Assembly: GCA_028715175.1 (NCBI GenBank)
Contig: JAQUSJ010000001.1
Location: 7,760-71,759, forward strand
DNA: 64,000 nt
Origin: Candidatus Daviesbacteria bacterium
Lineage (GTDB): Bacteria > Patescibacteriota > Microgenomatia > Daviesbacterales > UBA10151
Direction of reading: 5' to 3'
The notes beneath the pieces were generated by a model, which had not been told where the DNA came from, did not search any database, and saw only the letters and a list, made by a program, of their open reading frames with translations. Both the position numbers and the translations under genes were made by a program. Shown here piece after piece: positions 1 to 9,122 of this stretch. Numbering within the stretch: the first letter of the stretch is position 1; the number at the start of each line of letters is the position of its first letter.

Positions 1-88
1 AATGATCCTCACAGTCCACGTGACATATCACCCAAATAGCCACACATTTGCTTGACTTTTATCCCATGAATAGTTAGCATTAAGTCAA

Positions 89-598
89 ATGAATATCCCA
101 AAAAGTAAGTTCCTAATAATTGGAATTGTGGCTGTACTTTTAGTTGGCGGGTGGTTAGTTTACAAAAATTTCCCTAAAAGCCAAGTAGTTCAACAAACTA
201 AACAGGTTGTTCAGGAAAAGGTTTTATCTAAAGATGATTTATTAAAGCAACGGTCTACTGATTATTCTGTTGCATTTCAATATAAAGATTTCAGCAAGGT
301 ATATGATTTTTTAACTCCTGAAGACAAAAAGCTAATTTCCAAAGATGAATATATAAAGATCCAAAAGGAGGCTTCCCAATCCTCCATAAAAGATTTTACC
401 ATTGATTTAGTTGAAGTTAATGGTGACGAAGGTATTGTAAGGACTTCACTGACTTATTGCTTATTTGGTATATGCACTGGTGCGGGACAAAATAATAACA
501 TTCAAACTCAAAAGACAACCTCTAGGTGGATTTTTATAGATGGGCAATGGTATAGACCTGCAATATCTGAAAATAAGGAATTATACGGAATCAAATAA
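89..598 (+). CDS. hypothetical membrane-anchored protein (N-terminal TM helix)
   Basis: ORF of 169 aa with a hydrophobic N-terminal segment (IIGIVAVLLVGGWLV); no recognisable catalytic motif. Confidence 0.4.
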   Translation: MNIPKSKFLIIGIVAVLLVGGWLVYKNFPKSQVVQQTKQVVQEKVLSKDDLLKQRSTDYSVAFQYKDFSKVYDFLTPEDKKLISKDEYIKIQKEASQSSIKDFTIDLVEVNGDEGIVRTSLTYCLFGICTGAGQNNNIQTQKTTSRWIFIDGQWYRPAISENKELYGIK

Positions 599-862
599 AT
601 GGCTAAATTAAAGTGTGATAATTGCGACCACTACAATTTTAGGCGATTTTCTGATTGGGCAATCCTTATGGGTGCTATGTTTGCCTTATTTGGTTTTCTA
701 ATAGGGGTATTATGGTCTCCTGCACTTTCACTCTTCGTAATTGGTATTGGTATCCTAATAGGTAGTTGGTTTTATAGGCGCTCCAAGAAAGATCAGTATC
801 AATGCTTAAATTGTAAAAAGACCTTCTCCATAATTGAAGCTAAAAAATTAAACTCCCTTTAA
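599..862 (+). CDS. small membrane protein with two CxxC pairs (zinc-ribbon-like) flanking TM helices
   Basis: CDNCDH...CLNCKK motifs around a hydrophobic core; start codon abuts the stop of the previous ORF. Confidence 0.4.
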   Translation: MAKLKCDNCDHYNFRRFSDWAILMGAMFALFGFLIGVLWSPALSLFVIGIGILIGSWFYRRSKKDQYQCLNCKKTFSIIEAKKLNSL

Positions 863-925
863 TCCCTATAGTTTAGCCTTGTAATGTATCCCCAATAGAT
901 GCTAAAATAAGGCTGCAAAATGTAG

Positions 926-1858
926 ATGGATATGACAAATTCCAATTTTTTAAGACAAGCAGCTATAAGGAGCTTAGCAGGAGGATTATTTAATGGAACT
1001 ACTGCTAAAGCGCGGATAGCTAATTTTATCCCACCAGACCTCCCTAAACCTACAATTCCTTTACCTACTAACTTTCAATCTTTTCTACCTCCAATTCCTC
1101 AAAAAGTCAGTTCACCCTTGCTACCATTTTTGAAACCTACTGTTAAACCTTTCATAAGGATTGTTAGTCCTGAAGTTGCTTTTATGAATGGGATAAGGAA
1201 GGAAATATCAGATATTGTGAATGATGGCATAGATCAAACTTTAGCCCGAGTGCTTCCCACAATTGATTCACTTGGTTTTGGGGAAGGGAAAATGATTAAA
1301 ACAGCAGTATTGTACATAGATATCCGAGACTCCTCATACATCAGGTTTAATCGTACTCCCAAAGCAGCAGCAAAAATTTATATGAGTTTTCATAGATCAA
1401 TGGTTAAAGCAGGAAAAAGGTATGGTGGGCAAATTGGTGGCTTTGCAGGAGATAGGATCATGGTAATATTCCCTCCAACATCTGTAAACAACAACCGCCA
1501 AAGATCTAATGCTGTAAAAACTGCTATTTTAATGCAGAATGTTTTAGATAAGATTGTTAATCCAATGTTAAACCAAAAATTTGATTATTCACTAACCTGT
1601 GGAATAGGAATAGATTTTGGGGAAATGTTGGTGGTTAAAGCTGGGGCTTACGGAACTGGGAATAATGATTTAATTTGGACTGGCGATCCAGCTAATTTAG
1701 CATCAAAATTAGCTGATGAGGAAAATGGCGGTATCTACATAAGTTCAGCCGTCTATGAATCTATGAGTCAAGATTTAAAGGATAAGCAAATTTGGCTTCA
1801 AAATGTTAACTCAAATGTAAGTAAAAATAGTTATATGTATTTAGACCTATCCAACTAA
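926..1858 (+). CDS. class III nucleotidyl (adenylate/guanylate-type) cyclase domain protein, PycC-like candidate
   Basis: Cyclase-homology-domain motifs: LYIDIRDSS (first metal-binding Asp), FAGDRIMVIF (second Asp), GIGIDFGEMLVV and DLIWTGDPANLASKLAD (matches the YDVWGDTVNxASR transition-state motif). Pro-rich N-terminal region. Confidence 0.6.
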   Translation: MDMTNSNFLRQAAIRSLAGGLFNGTTAKARIANFIPPDLPKPTIPLPTNFQSFLPPIPQKVSSPLLPFLKPTVKPFIRIVSPEVAFMNGIRKEISDIVNDGIDQTLARVLPTIDSLGFGEGKMIKTAVLYIDIRDSSYIRFNRTPKAAAKIYMSFHRSMVKAGKRYGGQIGGFAGDRIMVIFPPTSVNNNRQRSNAVKTAILMQNVLDKIVNPMLNQKFDYSLTCGIGIDFGEMLVVKAGAYGTGNNDLIWTGDPANLASKLADEENGGIYISSAVYESMSQDLKDKQIWLQNVNSNVSKNSYMYLDLSN

Positions 1859-1861
1859 AAT

Positions 1862-2398
1862 ATGAACAGCAATAATAGATTGCTGCCCCAAAAGGATAGG
1901 ATAACAATTGAGGAGGAAAATCTTAAAAGAGTAACCAAGTGGATACAGGCAAGTGATGCCAAAATTGGTACTATACTTGCTTTTCAGGCAGGCCTCATAG
2001 CTTTTTTAGCAACCAAAGGGAATGAAATTGGACAAATATTGACTTTAAACCAAATCAATAACACTTCAGCTCCTCTAGTTTTAGCACTTTTAGTTTTTTT
2101 ATTATCCTCACTGTATTCATTAAAGGAGGCATTCAGTGGACTTTTCCCAGACACTAAAACAAGGACAATCTCCTTGATATTTTTTGGTAGTATTCCAGCA
2201 TTTGGAGTAGATAAATTTAAAAGGAATTTTCAAAATCTTTCCTATAATGACTACGAGGATGAATTATTGTCTCAAATTTATGTAAACTCATCTATAGCCT
2301 CAAAAAAATTTAATCATGTAAAAAATAGCATCAAAGGTCTGTTTGTTGCAGGAATTGCATGGTTAGTTATTCTTATACTTGTTCCAATTTTACTTTAA
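1862..2398 (+). CDS. multi-pass transmembrane protein, candidate effector partner of the upstream cyclase (SLATT/PycTM-like)
   Basis: 178 aa with 3-4 predicted TM helices (IGTILAFQAGLIAFLA, LVLALLVFLLSSLYSL, GLFVAGIAWLVILILVPILL); starts 4 nt after the cyclase stop (operon). Confidence 0.5.
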   Translation: MNSNNRLLPQKDRITIEEENLKRVTKWIQASDAKIGTILAFQAGLIAFLATKGNEIGQILTLNQINNTSAPLVLALLVFLLSSLYSLKEAFSGLFPDTKTRTISLIFFGSIPAFGVDKFKRNFQNLSYNDYEDELLSQIYVNSSIASKKFNHVKNSIKGLFVAGIAWLVILILVPILL

Positions 2399-2403
2399 AT
2401 AAG

Positions 2404-2739
2404 TCAGTCTCTATCAAAAACATCCAACTTGGATTTATCATTTGCTTCCATCCAACATCTACTTAAGAACCCAATAGCTGTCGCAGGTTGACTACTCGGA
2501 ATTTTCCCTGTCCAAACTCCATTTATAGCCTCACCCAACAATTTTTTTAGATCTTTAGTCTTTGTGATCTCCACAGCTTCACCATAAGCCTTAAAAAACC
2601 TTCTATTTAGACCTCCTTTAATGACTGCCTCTCTTTTTTTATCCTGATAAGCTGGATCATGGGTAAAACATAAGCTACTACCCTTGATAGCATTAGCACC
2701 ACACTGTATTCCATTAGGTTTAATTTGACTACATTTCAT
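2404..2739 (-). CDS. hypothetical protein (Cys/His-containing, possible zinc-binding)
   Basis: ORF of 111 aa; no recognised family. Confidence 0.35.
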   Translation of the reverse strand: MKCSQIKPNGIQCGANAIKGSSLCFTHDPAYQDKKREAVIKGGLNRRFFKAYGEAVEITKTKDLKKLLGEAINGVWTGKIPSSQPATAIGFLSRCWMEANDKSKLDVFDRD

Positions 2740-2879
2740 AAGTTACTTATGGGGGGCATACCCCTGTTAGCCTCAAACCAAGTGCAAAAAGTCTCATTTC
2801 CTCCACCTATTTAAGCATAGATATAGGTTCTAACAGCCTCCCGCCCCCGCAACACACTTCGACAAGCTCAGTACAAGCT

Positions 2880-3230
2880 TTACTTAAAAAATACCTTCCA
2901 CCAACCCAACCAATTGGGAAGACGAACTTGAGCTGATTGACTGGCACCCAGTACTGCTTTTAACTTTTCCTCTGGAATAACCACCACAGTCTCCCCTTTT
3001 CTTGAAAAACCCAGCTTGTCTCTGATTTCCTCTTCTATAAATTCCTGTGACTGAATTTGGGCAAGTTCACTCTTTAACTGCTTATTTTTAACCTCCAGCT
3101 TATAAACAGCATCCGCGGCCTCTGATAATCTTTCCCCGGATCTGGTAACCTCAATTATCTGGTTCACAAGATTATAGACAATAAATAAAACTACTAAAAT
3201 AATCAAACCTGACGTGATTTTTCTAATCAT
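2880..3230 (-). CDS. septum formation initiator family protein (FtsB/DivIC-like)
   Basis: N-terminal TM helix followed by a coiled-coil (KNKQLKSELAQIQSQEFIEEEIR), typical of FtsB/DivIC. Confidence 0.55.
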   Translation of the reverse strand: MIRKITSGLIILVVLFIVYNLVNQIIEVTRSGERLSEAADAVYKLEVKNKQLKSELAQIQSQEFIEEEIRDKLGFSRKGETVVVIPEEKLKAVLGASQSAQVRLPNWLGWWKVFFK

Positions 3231-3304
3231 AGTTAATTAAATTTAATCATTCTGCGTATCCTCATCCTTGACAAAGTCAGCCTATAACATTAAAATGTAC
3301 TATT

Positions 3305-4168
3305 ATGGTTTCTTTGCATGATGCACACCAACAATTTATAGATCATCTTAAAGGTAGATCCAGAGCTTCAGCTACTATCTTAGCTTATGGCAAAGATATT
3401 GATCAACTGGTGAGTTTTTTGGAAAACATAGGCAAAACCGATCCCAACCAAGTTGAAACTACAGATTTACAGGCATTTATGCAAAAATTGGCTGATGAAC
3501 ATTATACTGCCAAATCAATCTCACGAAAAACCAATTCCACCAAAACATTTTTCAAGTTTTTAAAAAGTTCTAATTTAATAAATTCTGATCCAACAACAGC
3601 TTTAGAGCATCCCAAATTCGAAAATAAACCACCCAGGATTTTAACCAAATTGGAATATCGGAGCTTACGTGATGCGGCCAGATCCGATACCAGAATATCG
3701 GCAGTCGTAGAATTACTCCTTCAAACTGGTATCAGGATTGGCGAACTTGCCAAACTGCGGGTTGAAGATATTGATTTGAACAATTTAACTCTCCATGTTC
3801 CTCCGTTTGAAGATACCCGCGAAAGAGTGATACCGCTCAATAAATCAGCAGCAGAAGCAGTCAAAAACTATCTTCCGATAAGAGCAAAAACCCCAAATCA
3901 TGCCTTATTCGTTACTAAAACCGGCCGCCCCTTACTTATTAGAAATATCAGGACTGCGATCGACAGATACTTCAGAATTGCCGGTATCAAAGATGCCAAA
4001 CTCAACGATCTCCGGCATACTTGGGTAACATTTCAGCTTCAAGCAGGACTACCAATGACCATGGTATCAAAGTTAGCCGGCCACAAAAGACTTTCAACAA
4101 CCGAAAAATACCTCCAATTCATCCAAGGCCCAACTGCGGAGGGAAAAGTTAAGTTAGAAGAGCTGTAA
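3305..4168 (+). CDS. tyrosine site-specific recombinase (XerC/XerD-integrase family)
   Basis: C-terminal catalytic motifs LRHTWVTFQL...GHKRLSTTEKYLQ (R..HxxR...Y) and an N-terminal SAM-like core-binding domain; 287 aa. Confidence 0.75.
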   Translation: MVSLHDAHQQFIDHLKGRSRASATILAYGKDIDQLVSFLENIGKTDPNQVETTDLQAFMQKLADEHYTAKSISRKTNSTKTFFKFLKSSNLINSDPTTALEHPKFENKPPRILTKLEYRSLRDAARSDTRISAVVELLLQTGIRIGELAKLRVEDIDLNNLTLHVPPFEDTRERVIPLNKSAAEAVKNYLPIRAKTPNHALFVTKTGRPLLIRNIRTAIDRYFRIAGIKDAKLNDLRHTWVTFQLQAGLPMTMVSKLAGHKRLSTTEKYLQFIQGPTAEGKVKLEEL

Positions 4169-4180
4169 AGGAAAAGTTTT

Positions 4181-4603
4181 ATGGTGCAACGATCTCCGGA
4201 AATAACTCTATATCCAAATAGAGTAGTGAATGATCCCCAGATTCTGTATAGAGCAATCCGCTATGAGTTTATGACTCCGCCAAAAATTGGGGCGAGATCG
4301 TTATGCAGAATTTTATTGTGCACAATTACTGAGCGTCCAGACATGGTTGCTCTATATGTGGGTCATCCTTTTCCTTCAGTTGGAACTTTAACCGTCATGA
4401 CAAAGGCAGAAGAAAGAGCAAGAGTAGAAAAAGAAATTAGCGATGGATTAAACAATAAACGAATAGTACCAGCAACTCAAGAATTAATGTTTGCAACTAC
4501 AGGGCAGTTTGTAGAAACCGTCATCGCAGCAGTTAATGATTCTAACTGCCCTCCAGCAGAGAAAAATTCTCTGTTTTCTAGTCTCGCTAAACTACAACCA
4601 TAA
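4181..4603 (+). CDS. hypothetical protein
   Basis: ORF of 140 aa between the recombinase and a tRNA; no recognised motifs. Confidence 0.35.
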   Translation: MVQRSPEITLYPNRVVNDPQILYRAIRYEFMTPPKIGARSLCRILLCTITERPDMVALYVGHPFPSVGTLTVMTKAEERARVEKEISDGLNNKRIVPATQELMFATTGQFVETVIAAVNDSNCPPAEKNSLFSSLAKLQP

Positions 4604-4634
4604 TAGTTTTTTGGTAGCCGGACCAGAATTAAAG

Positions 4635-4705
4635 TAGGCCCGGAAGGAATCGAACCCTCGTCTTGACTGTATAAGAATCAGGTATTACCATTATACGACG
4701 GGCCT
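4635..4705 (-). tRNA. tRNA-Ile (anticodon UAU)
   Basis: Manual fold of the reverse complement: acceptor AGGCCCG/CGGGCCT, D-stem GTAT/ATAC, anticodon stem TGATT/AGTCA with loop CTTATAC (U33, anticodon TAT, A37), T-arm GAGGG-TTCGATT-CCTTC, discriminator A. Confidence 0.7.
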
Positions 4706-4736
4706 AGGCACTAATTGTACCAAAGATTATAATCAC

Positions 4737-4810
4737 TGTCATTCTGGAGGTCGAAGGCCGATAGAATCTTTAAAGATCCTGTCACTCGCTTCGCTCGTTC
4801 CAGGATGACT
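4737..4810. repeat. left flanking repeat block of the GIY-YIG gene (inverted/direct copies of a ~25-nt motif ...tcgctcgttccagGATGAC)
   Basis: gtcattctggaggtcgaaggccgatagaatct at 4737-4770 is the reverse complement of agattctatcg...ctccagaatgac at 5129-5165; a second direct copy tcactcgcttcgctcgttccaggatgac lies at 4782-4810. Confidence 0.4.
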
Positions 4811-4837
4811 ATAGAATAACTCATTCCAGTATGATAA

Positions 4838-5125
4838 TTACAAAATAGCTTGATAAAGATCTTTAAAATTTGGATTTTTGCTTTTAATTAATTCAATTTT
4901 CTTCCGCCTTAATAAATTCTTTATTGTCTTTTCTCTTTTAATAGCATTTTCTGGATCTTGGAATACTTCAAAATAAACTAGCTTGTCTATGTTGTATTTT
5001 TGAGTAAATCCAGCAACTGATTTTTGCTTATGCTCATAAACTCTTCTAATTAAATTATTGGTTATACCAGTATATAAAACAGTGTTTCTGAAGTTTGTCA
5101 GAATATAGATGTAGTATTGTTTCAC
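4838..5125 (-). CDS. GIY-YIG nuclease family protein (free-standing, homing-endonuclease-like)
   Basis: YIYILTN...LYTGITNNLIRRVYEHK GIY-YIG signature; 95 aa. Confidence 0.75.
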   Translation of the reverse strand: MKQYYIYILTNFRNTVLYTGITNNLIRRVYEHKQKSVAGFTQKYNIDKLVYFEVFQDPENAIKREKTIKNLLRRKKIELIKSKNPNFKDLYQAIL

Positions 5126-5128
5126 TAA

Positions 5129-5165
5129 CTAGATTCTATCGCTCCACTTCGTTTCGCTCCAGAAT
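5129..5165. repeat. right flanking repeat of the GIY-YIG gene (inverted copy of the 4737-4770 motif)
   Basis: agattctatcgctccacttcgtttcgctccagaatgac. Confidence 0.4.
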
Positions 5166-5176
5166 GACGCGGTCCC

Positions 5177-7519
5177 CTACAGTCTCGCTCTTGATGCTAT
5201 CTCTCCCTCGACTTGAGTCACATCCCGACCATATTTCAACCTAGATAACTCTCTGATGGCCTGGCCTATTTGGGGATTTAGCATAGCCTTCCATTTTTTC
5301 ATATCTTTAGTTGTATCCAGGGAAAAAGGCACCACCGGCTCACCATTAACAATGGTTTTAATATAAGTATGAGGAGCTTCAATATTTACCAGATCTGCCT
5401 CTGTAAAAGTGGGTGAAAATTCATGCTGCAGGTAATTGGCATCAGTTACACCCACTCTAAACCCGATAATTGTACCAACGTTTCCAAAAACAGCGTTTTT
5501 CAAATCCTCACCTATCTGACCAATAAATTGATTAGCCACAATCAAGTTTAATCTATATTTCCTGGCTTCAGAAAGAATATCCGCAAAAGTATCGGTAGCG
5601 AAATTTTGAAACTCATCAACATAAAGATAAAAATCCCGCCGCTCCTCCATCGGCACATCAGAACGGGACATGGCAGCAGCTAAAATTTTGGGGACTAAAA
5701 TTAATCCCAGGAAATTGGAGTTTTCCTCCCCTATCCGCCCTTTTGAAAGATTCATAATTAAAATCTTTCCTTCATCCATAACTTTCCGCAGGTCAAACGA
5801 GGATTTTGATTGGCCAATAATATTCCTCATCATTTTATTGGTAACAAACCGGCCGAATTTAGACACCGTATAATCCAAAACTTCCGATTTGTGGAAGTCC
5901 GTAGTTTGAGCAATCTGGTCTGTCCAATAACGCCTCACAACCGGATCAGTAACTTTCGGCAGGAGTTCTTTGACAAAGTTGGCATCAGTCATAATTCTGA
6001 CCACCTCCACAAAAGTAGCGCCCGGATCACTCATAGCAGTAAGCATCGCATTCCTAACACCATGTTCAAAACGGGGACCGATAATTCCTGTTTTATTAGG
6101 ATCAAAAAGTTTGTACATGAGTCCTATTATTGAAGCTACGACAAAATGTTTTTGTTCTTCGGCATAAGCTTCCAGCATGTTTAATCCAAATGGCCGGGTC
6201 ATATCAGAGGGATCAAAATAAATTACATCTTCCGCTCTCTGGGGCGGGATCAGTTGCAACATCTCCTCAGCCGCATCTCCGTGGGGATCAATAAAACAGA
6301 GTCCTTTGCCGGCCATAACGTCTTGCAACATTAAAGTTTTAAGTAATTCCGACTTTCCTGTACCGGTCCGGCCGATGATATACATATGCCTTCGCCTGTC
6401 GTCTTCCGAAAGATAGACCGGCCTGTCTACGCCGCGGAAAACAGACCTGCCTAAAAATAAACCGCTGACGGGAATCTTTTCCGGAGCCGGAGCCCGTTTT
6501 GATGAAAGCCAACTGATATAAGGCGTTTCAATGGACTTGTTCGGAAAATGAAAAATAGAGGCCAGTTCATCAGGTGCTAGAACCGAAAGCTTAGTAAATC
6601 TGGGCATATAACGATAAATAAAATCGGTTAAAAACCCTTTTTGGGAATACACTTTGGCGCTGGTGAATGAGTTATATGGTCCGCTAAATTGCTCAAAAGC
6701 TGTTTTGATATTGGCCAGATGAGCTTTGGCAGCTGCTTCGGAAGTGCTGGAAGTGACAATCCGCAAACTGATGTCAAATCCTGATTTGGAAAGCTTACCT
6801 TCAACTGCTTCCAGCTCCTTGGCGTCGGGAAGAGCTTTCGGATTTTTTTCATCTCCCGGCTCTTTTTGTTTTTTCAGCCATTTTTTACCTAAATCCTTCC
6901 AGGTATTACCCGAAGGCGAGATCATAAGCTGTATGGCTATTCCTTCGTTCATTTGCATCTTGGCAAAAGCCGAAGTCAGGGCTGAAAGAGGGTCTGTAGG
7001 CAGGTCGCGGAAAGTTTTAATCGGGAAATAATCCGCATTCTTCAGTTTCAACTGAGTATAAGCTACTTCCCCGGTCTCAGAAAAGATATTGTATTCTGGA
7101 ACCTCTTTAATTTCGGCATCAGGATAAGCGCCATGAATTTGTTTCTCAATTAAATCCTGGTGTGATTTATAACAAGCCACAAAAAATCTGATTGATTCGT
7201 GCAAAGCTACAACCTCAAAAGACAAATGTGGTTGCGGGTTCAAAACACCTAACATCCCTCCGGATTTCCGCAGAGACGAAAGGGTGGCAAAGAGCTGTTC
7301 AATGGCATCTATTTTAACTTCATTCCCTCTCGGGACTTTAATTTGTAAAAGCACAAACTGCAATGACAACTTTTCCCTACCCCTGTACTTAATCCAATCC
7401 ACCAGGTATTTACGCAAAAAAAGAAAAATACCCGCCAGCAAAAGCAGCAGTCCTAAAACTGCAATTGTAGCTATGATTAAACCTGTAAAATCTATTCCGC
7501 TTGCTTGAGTAACTTCCAT
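5177..7519 (-). CDS. type IV secretion coupling-protein-like P-loop ATPase (VirD4/TraG/TraD or DUF87 family)
   Basis: N-terminal TM helix. Walker A YIIGRTGTGKSELLKTL, FIDPHGD, and a Walker B-like LYVDEFQNF...LIVANQ. 780 aa. Confidence 0.5.
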   Translation of the reverse strand: MEVTQASGIDFTGLIIATIAVLGLLLLLAGIFLFLRKYLVDWIKYRGREKLSLQFVLLQIKVPRGNEVKIDAIEQLFATLSSLRKSGGMLGVLNPQPHLSFEVVALHESIRFFVACYKSHQDLIEKQIHGAYPDAEIKEVPEYNIFSETGEVAYTQLKLKNADYFPIKTFRDLPTDPLSALTSAFAKMQMNEGIAIQLMISPSGNTWKDLGKKWLKKQKEPGDEKNPKALPDAKELEAVEGKLSKSGFDISLRIVTSSTSEAAAKAHLANIKTAFEQFSGPYNSFTSAKVYSQKGFLTDFIYRYMPRFTKLSVLAPDELASIFHFPNKSIETPYISWLSSKRAPAPEKIPVSGLFLGRSVFRGVDRPVYLSEDDRRRHMYIIGRTGTGKSELLKTLMLQDVMAGKGLCFIDPHGDAAEEMLQLIPPQRAEDVIYFDPSDMTRPFGLNMLEAYAEEQKHFVVASIIGLMYKLFDPNKTGIIGPRFEHGVRNAMLTAMSDPGATFVEVVRIMTDANFVKELLPKVTDPVVRRYWTDQIAQTTDFHKSEVLDYTVSKFGRFVTNKMMRNIIGQSKSSFDLRKVMDEGKILIMNLSKGRIGEENSNFLGLILVPKILAAAMSRSDVPMEERRDFYLYVDEFQNFATDTFADILSEARKYRLNLIVANQFIGQIGEDLKNAVFGNVGTIIGFRVGVTDANYLQHEFSPTFTEADLVNIEAPHTYIKTIVNGEPVVPFSLDTTKDMKKWKAMLNPQIGQAIRELSRLKYGRDVTQVEGEIASRARL

Positions 7520-7520
7520 A

Positions 7521-7829
7521 TTATGCTGCTTTTTCCATTAACCTCCTCCTGATAAAGTCTATTGCTCTCGGAATTTTGCTTTGTGCAGTACGTATACGGG
7601 CATTATCGCCTGCACCTCCAATCTGTTCATCAACTATGCTTCCTACAACATGTACAGTATTCCCCCAAGCCTCTCCAATCGCTTCCAGTGGAGAGTTATC
7701 GTCCGGGTTCACATCAGCCGCAGTGGCCGGGTGACCAGCTTTAGTTAAATTACCGGCAACTTTTTCATGCAACATCTCTTCTTGATCTTTTGTATACTGT
7801 AAAACTTCTGTAGGAGCAGGTCCTGCCAT
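7521..7829 (-). CDS. hypothetical protein
   Basis: ORF of 102 aa immediately upstream of the T4CP-like gene on the same strand. Confidence 0.3.
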   Translation of the reverse strand: MAGPAPTEVLQYTKDQEEMLHEKVAGNLTKAGHPATAADVNPDDNSPLEAIGEAWGNTVHVVGSIVDEQIGGAGDNARIRTAQSKIPRAIDFIRRRLMEKAA

Positions 7830-7836
7830 AAATGTA

Positions 7837-8766
7837 TTATCTCATATTTGCCAGATATTCTTCGGCTTCAAATGCAGCTTTACAGCCGGCTCCTGCCGCT
7901 GTGATTGCCTGCCTGTATTTATAATCCGAAACATCACCTGCCGCAAAAACCCCAGGAATGCTCGTTTGGGTTTCATCTTTAACCACAATATAACCTTTTT
8001 GATCCAGATCCAATTGACCTTTCAGAAAATCAGTATTGGGCTTATGACCAATTGCAACAAACAATCCGTCTACTGCCAGCTCGCTAATCTCACCTATTTG
8101 GGTATTTTTTAACCTCAAACCAGTAACTTTATCGTTTCCCAATACTTCCTCTACTACTGAATTCCAGATAAAATTGATATTTGGCTTTAACTTAACTAAT
8201 TCCTGCAAGGCCACTTGGGCCCTTAAGCTTTCTCTCCTGTGTATGACAGTAACCTTTGAGCAGAGCTTGGATAAATAGTTTGCTTCACGCAAGGCGGTAT
8301 CTCCTCCACCCACAACTGCCACACTTTTCCCTTTAAAGAAAAAACCGTCGCAAACCGCACAGGCTGATACCCCTTTCCCTTTTAGTTTTTCCTCAGATGG
8401 CAATCCCAGCCATATTGCCGACGCTCCTGTGGCAATAATTAAACTATCAGTCGTCAAACACCGGTTGTCAATCTGAACTACAAATGGTTTTTCCTTAAGA
8501 TCCACAGAAACCACATCTTCGCCGATAAAACGGGTGCCGAACCGTTCGGCCTGCTTGCGCATTTTTGCCATTAATTCGGGACCTTGAATACCTGTTTCAA
8601 ATCCCGGATAATCATCTACATCTGTTGTCTTAATTAACTGTCCCCCTGCCTCCTTTCCAGCAATAACCAGCGGCTTTAAATTACCTCTGGCAGCATAGAT
8701 AGCAGCTGTTAACCCTGCGGGTCCGGAACCGATAATAATTACTTTCTCTACTGGAGACTGTTCCAT
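7837..8766 (-). CDS. trxB: thioredoxin-disulfide reductase
   Basis: FAD site IIIGSGPAGLTAA, redox-active CAVCDG, NADPH site VAVVGGGDTALREA; 309 aa. Confidence 0.9.
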   Translation of the reverse strand: MEQSPVEKVIIIGSGPAGLTAAIYAARGNLKPLVIAGKEAGGQLIKTTDVDDYPGFETGIQGPELMAKMRKQAERFGTRFIGEDVVSVDLKEKPFVVQIDNRCLTTDSLIIATGASAIWLGLPSEEKLKGKGVSACAVCDGFFFKGKSVAVVGGGDTALREANYLSKLCSKVTVIHRRESLRAQVALQELVKLKPNINFIWNSVVEEVLGNDKVTGLRLKNTQIGEISELAVDGLFVAIGHKPNTDFLKGQLDLDQKGYIVVKDETQTSIPGVFAAGDVSDYKYRQAITAAGAGCKAAFEAEEYLANMR

Positions 8767-8848
8767 ATAAAAGTATTAAGTAGCAGGTAGCATGTATTAT
8801 GGGGAAACAAACCACTTAATACTTAATACATGATACTAGATGCAAACC

Positions 8849-9088
8849 CTATCTTCCAGTTGAGCTGGAAGTAGCGCTTTTTGCCTTAGTTGACCCGGTT
8901 GCTTCTTCCGCCTTTGGTGTAGCAGACGGGCTGGCTACTGTAGAAGGTGTTGGCACAGGTGTAACTTCCTCTTGCTGATTTACCTGTGGGGAAACAATCG
9001 ATGTAGTCTTACTGCGAAGCCATACTAAATAACCTGCAATAACCACCAATACCAGTATAACTATGACTATTGAAGTGTTTCTGTTCAT
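8849..9088 (-). CDS. small membrane protein with Ser/Thr/Pro-rich tail
   Basis: N-terminal TM helix and a low-complexity STP-rich C-terminus. Confidence 0.35.
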   Translation of the reverse strand: MNRNTSIVIVILVLVVIAGYLVWLRSKTTSIVSPQVNQQEEVTPVPTPSTVASPSATPKAEEATGSTKAKSATSSSTGR

Positions 9089-9122
9089 GAACTCACCTCC
9101 CCCCGGGCAACTGTTCTTTATC

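Noticed and set aside
3305-4705. Integrated prophage or ICE anchored at tRNA-Ile with the tyrosine recombinase
   Set aside because: The recombinase is adjacent to the tRNA 3' end, but no phage structural, replication or conjugation genes follow. I could not find a direct repeat of the tRNA 3' end further left. The next genes leftward (FtsB-like) look like core functions. At most a degraded remnant.
5670-7031. Several 65-107-aa ORFs (5670-5873, 5810-6133, 5970-6167, 6628-6852, 6726-7031) inside or antisense to the 780-aa ATPase gene
   Set aside because: They are fully nested within a long, motif-rich CDS on the other strand or in another frame and have no motifs or RBS; treated as frame shadows.
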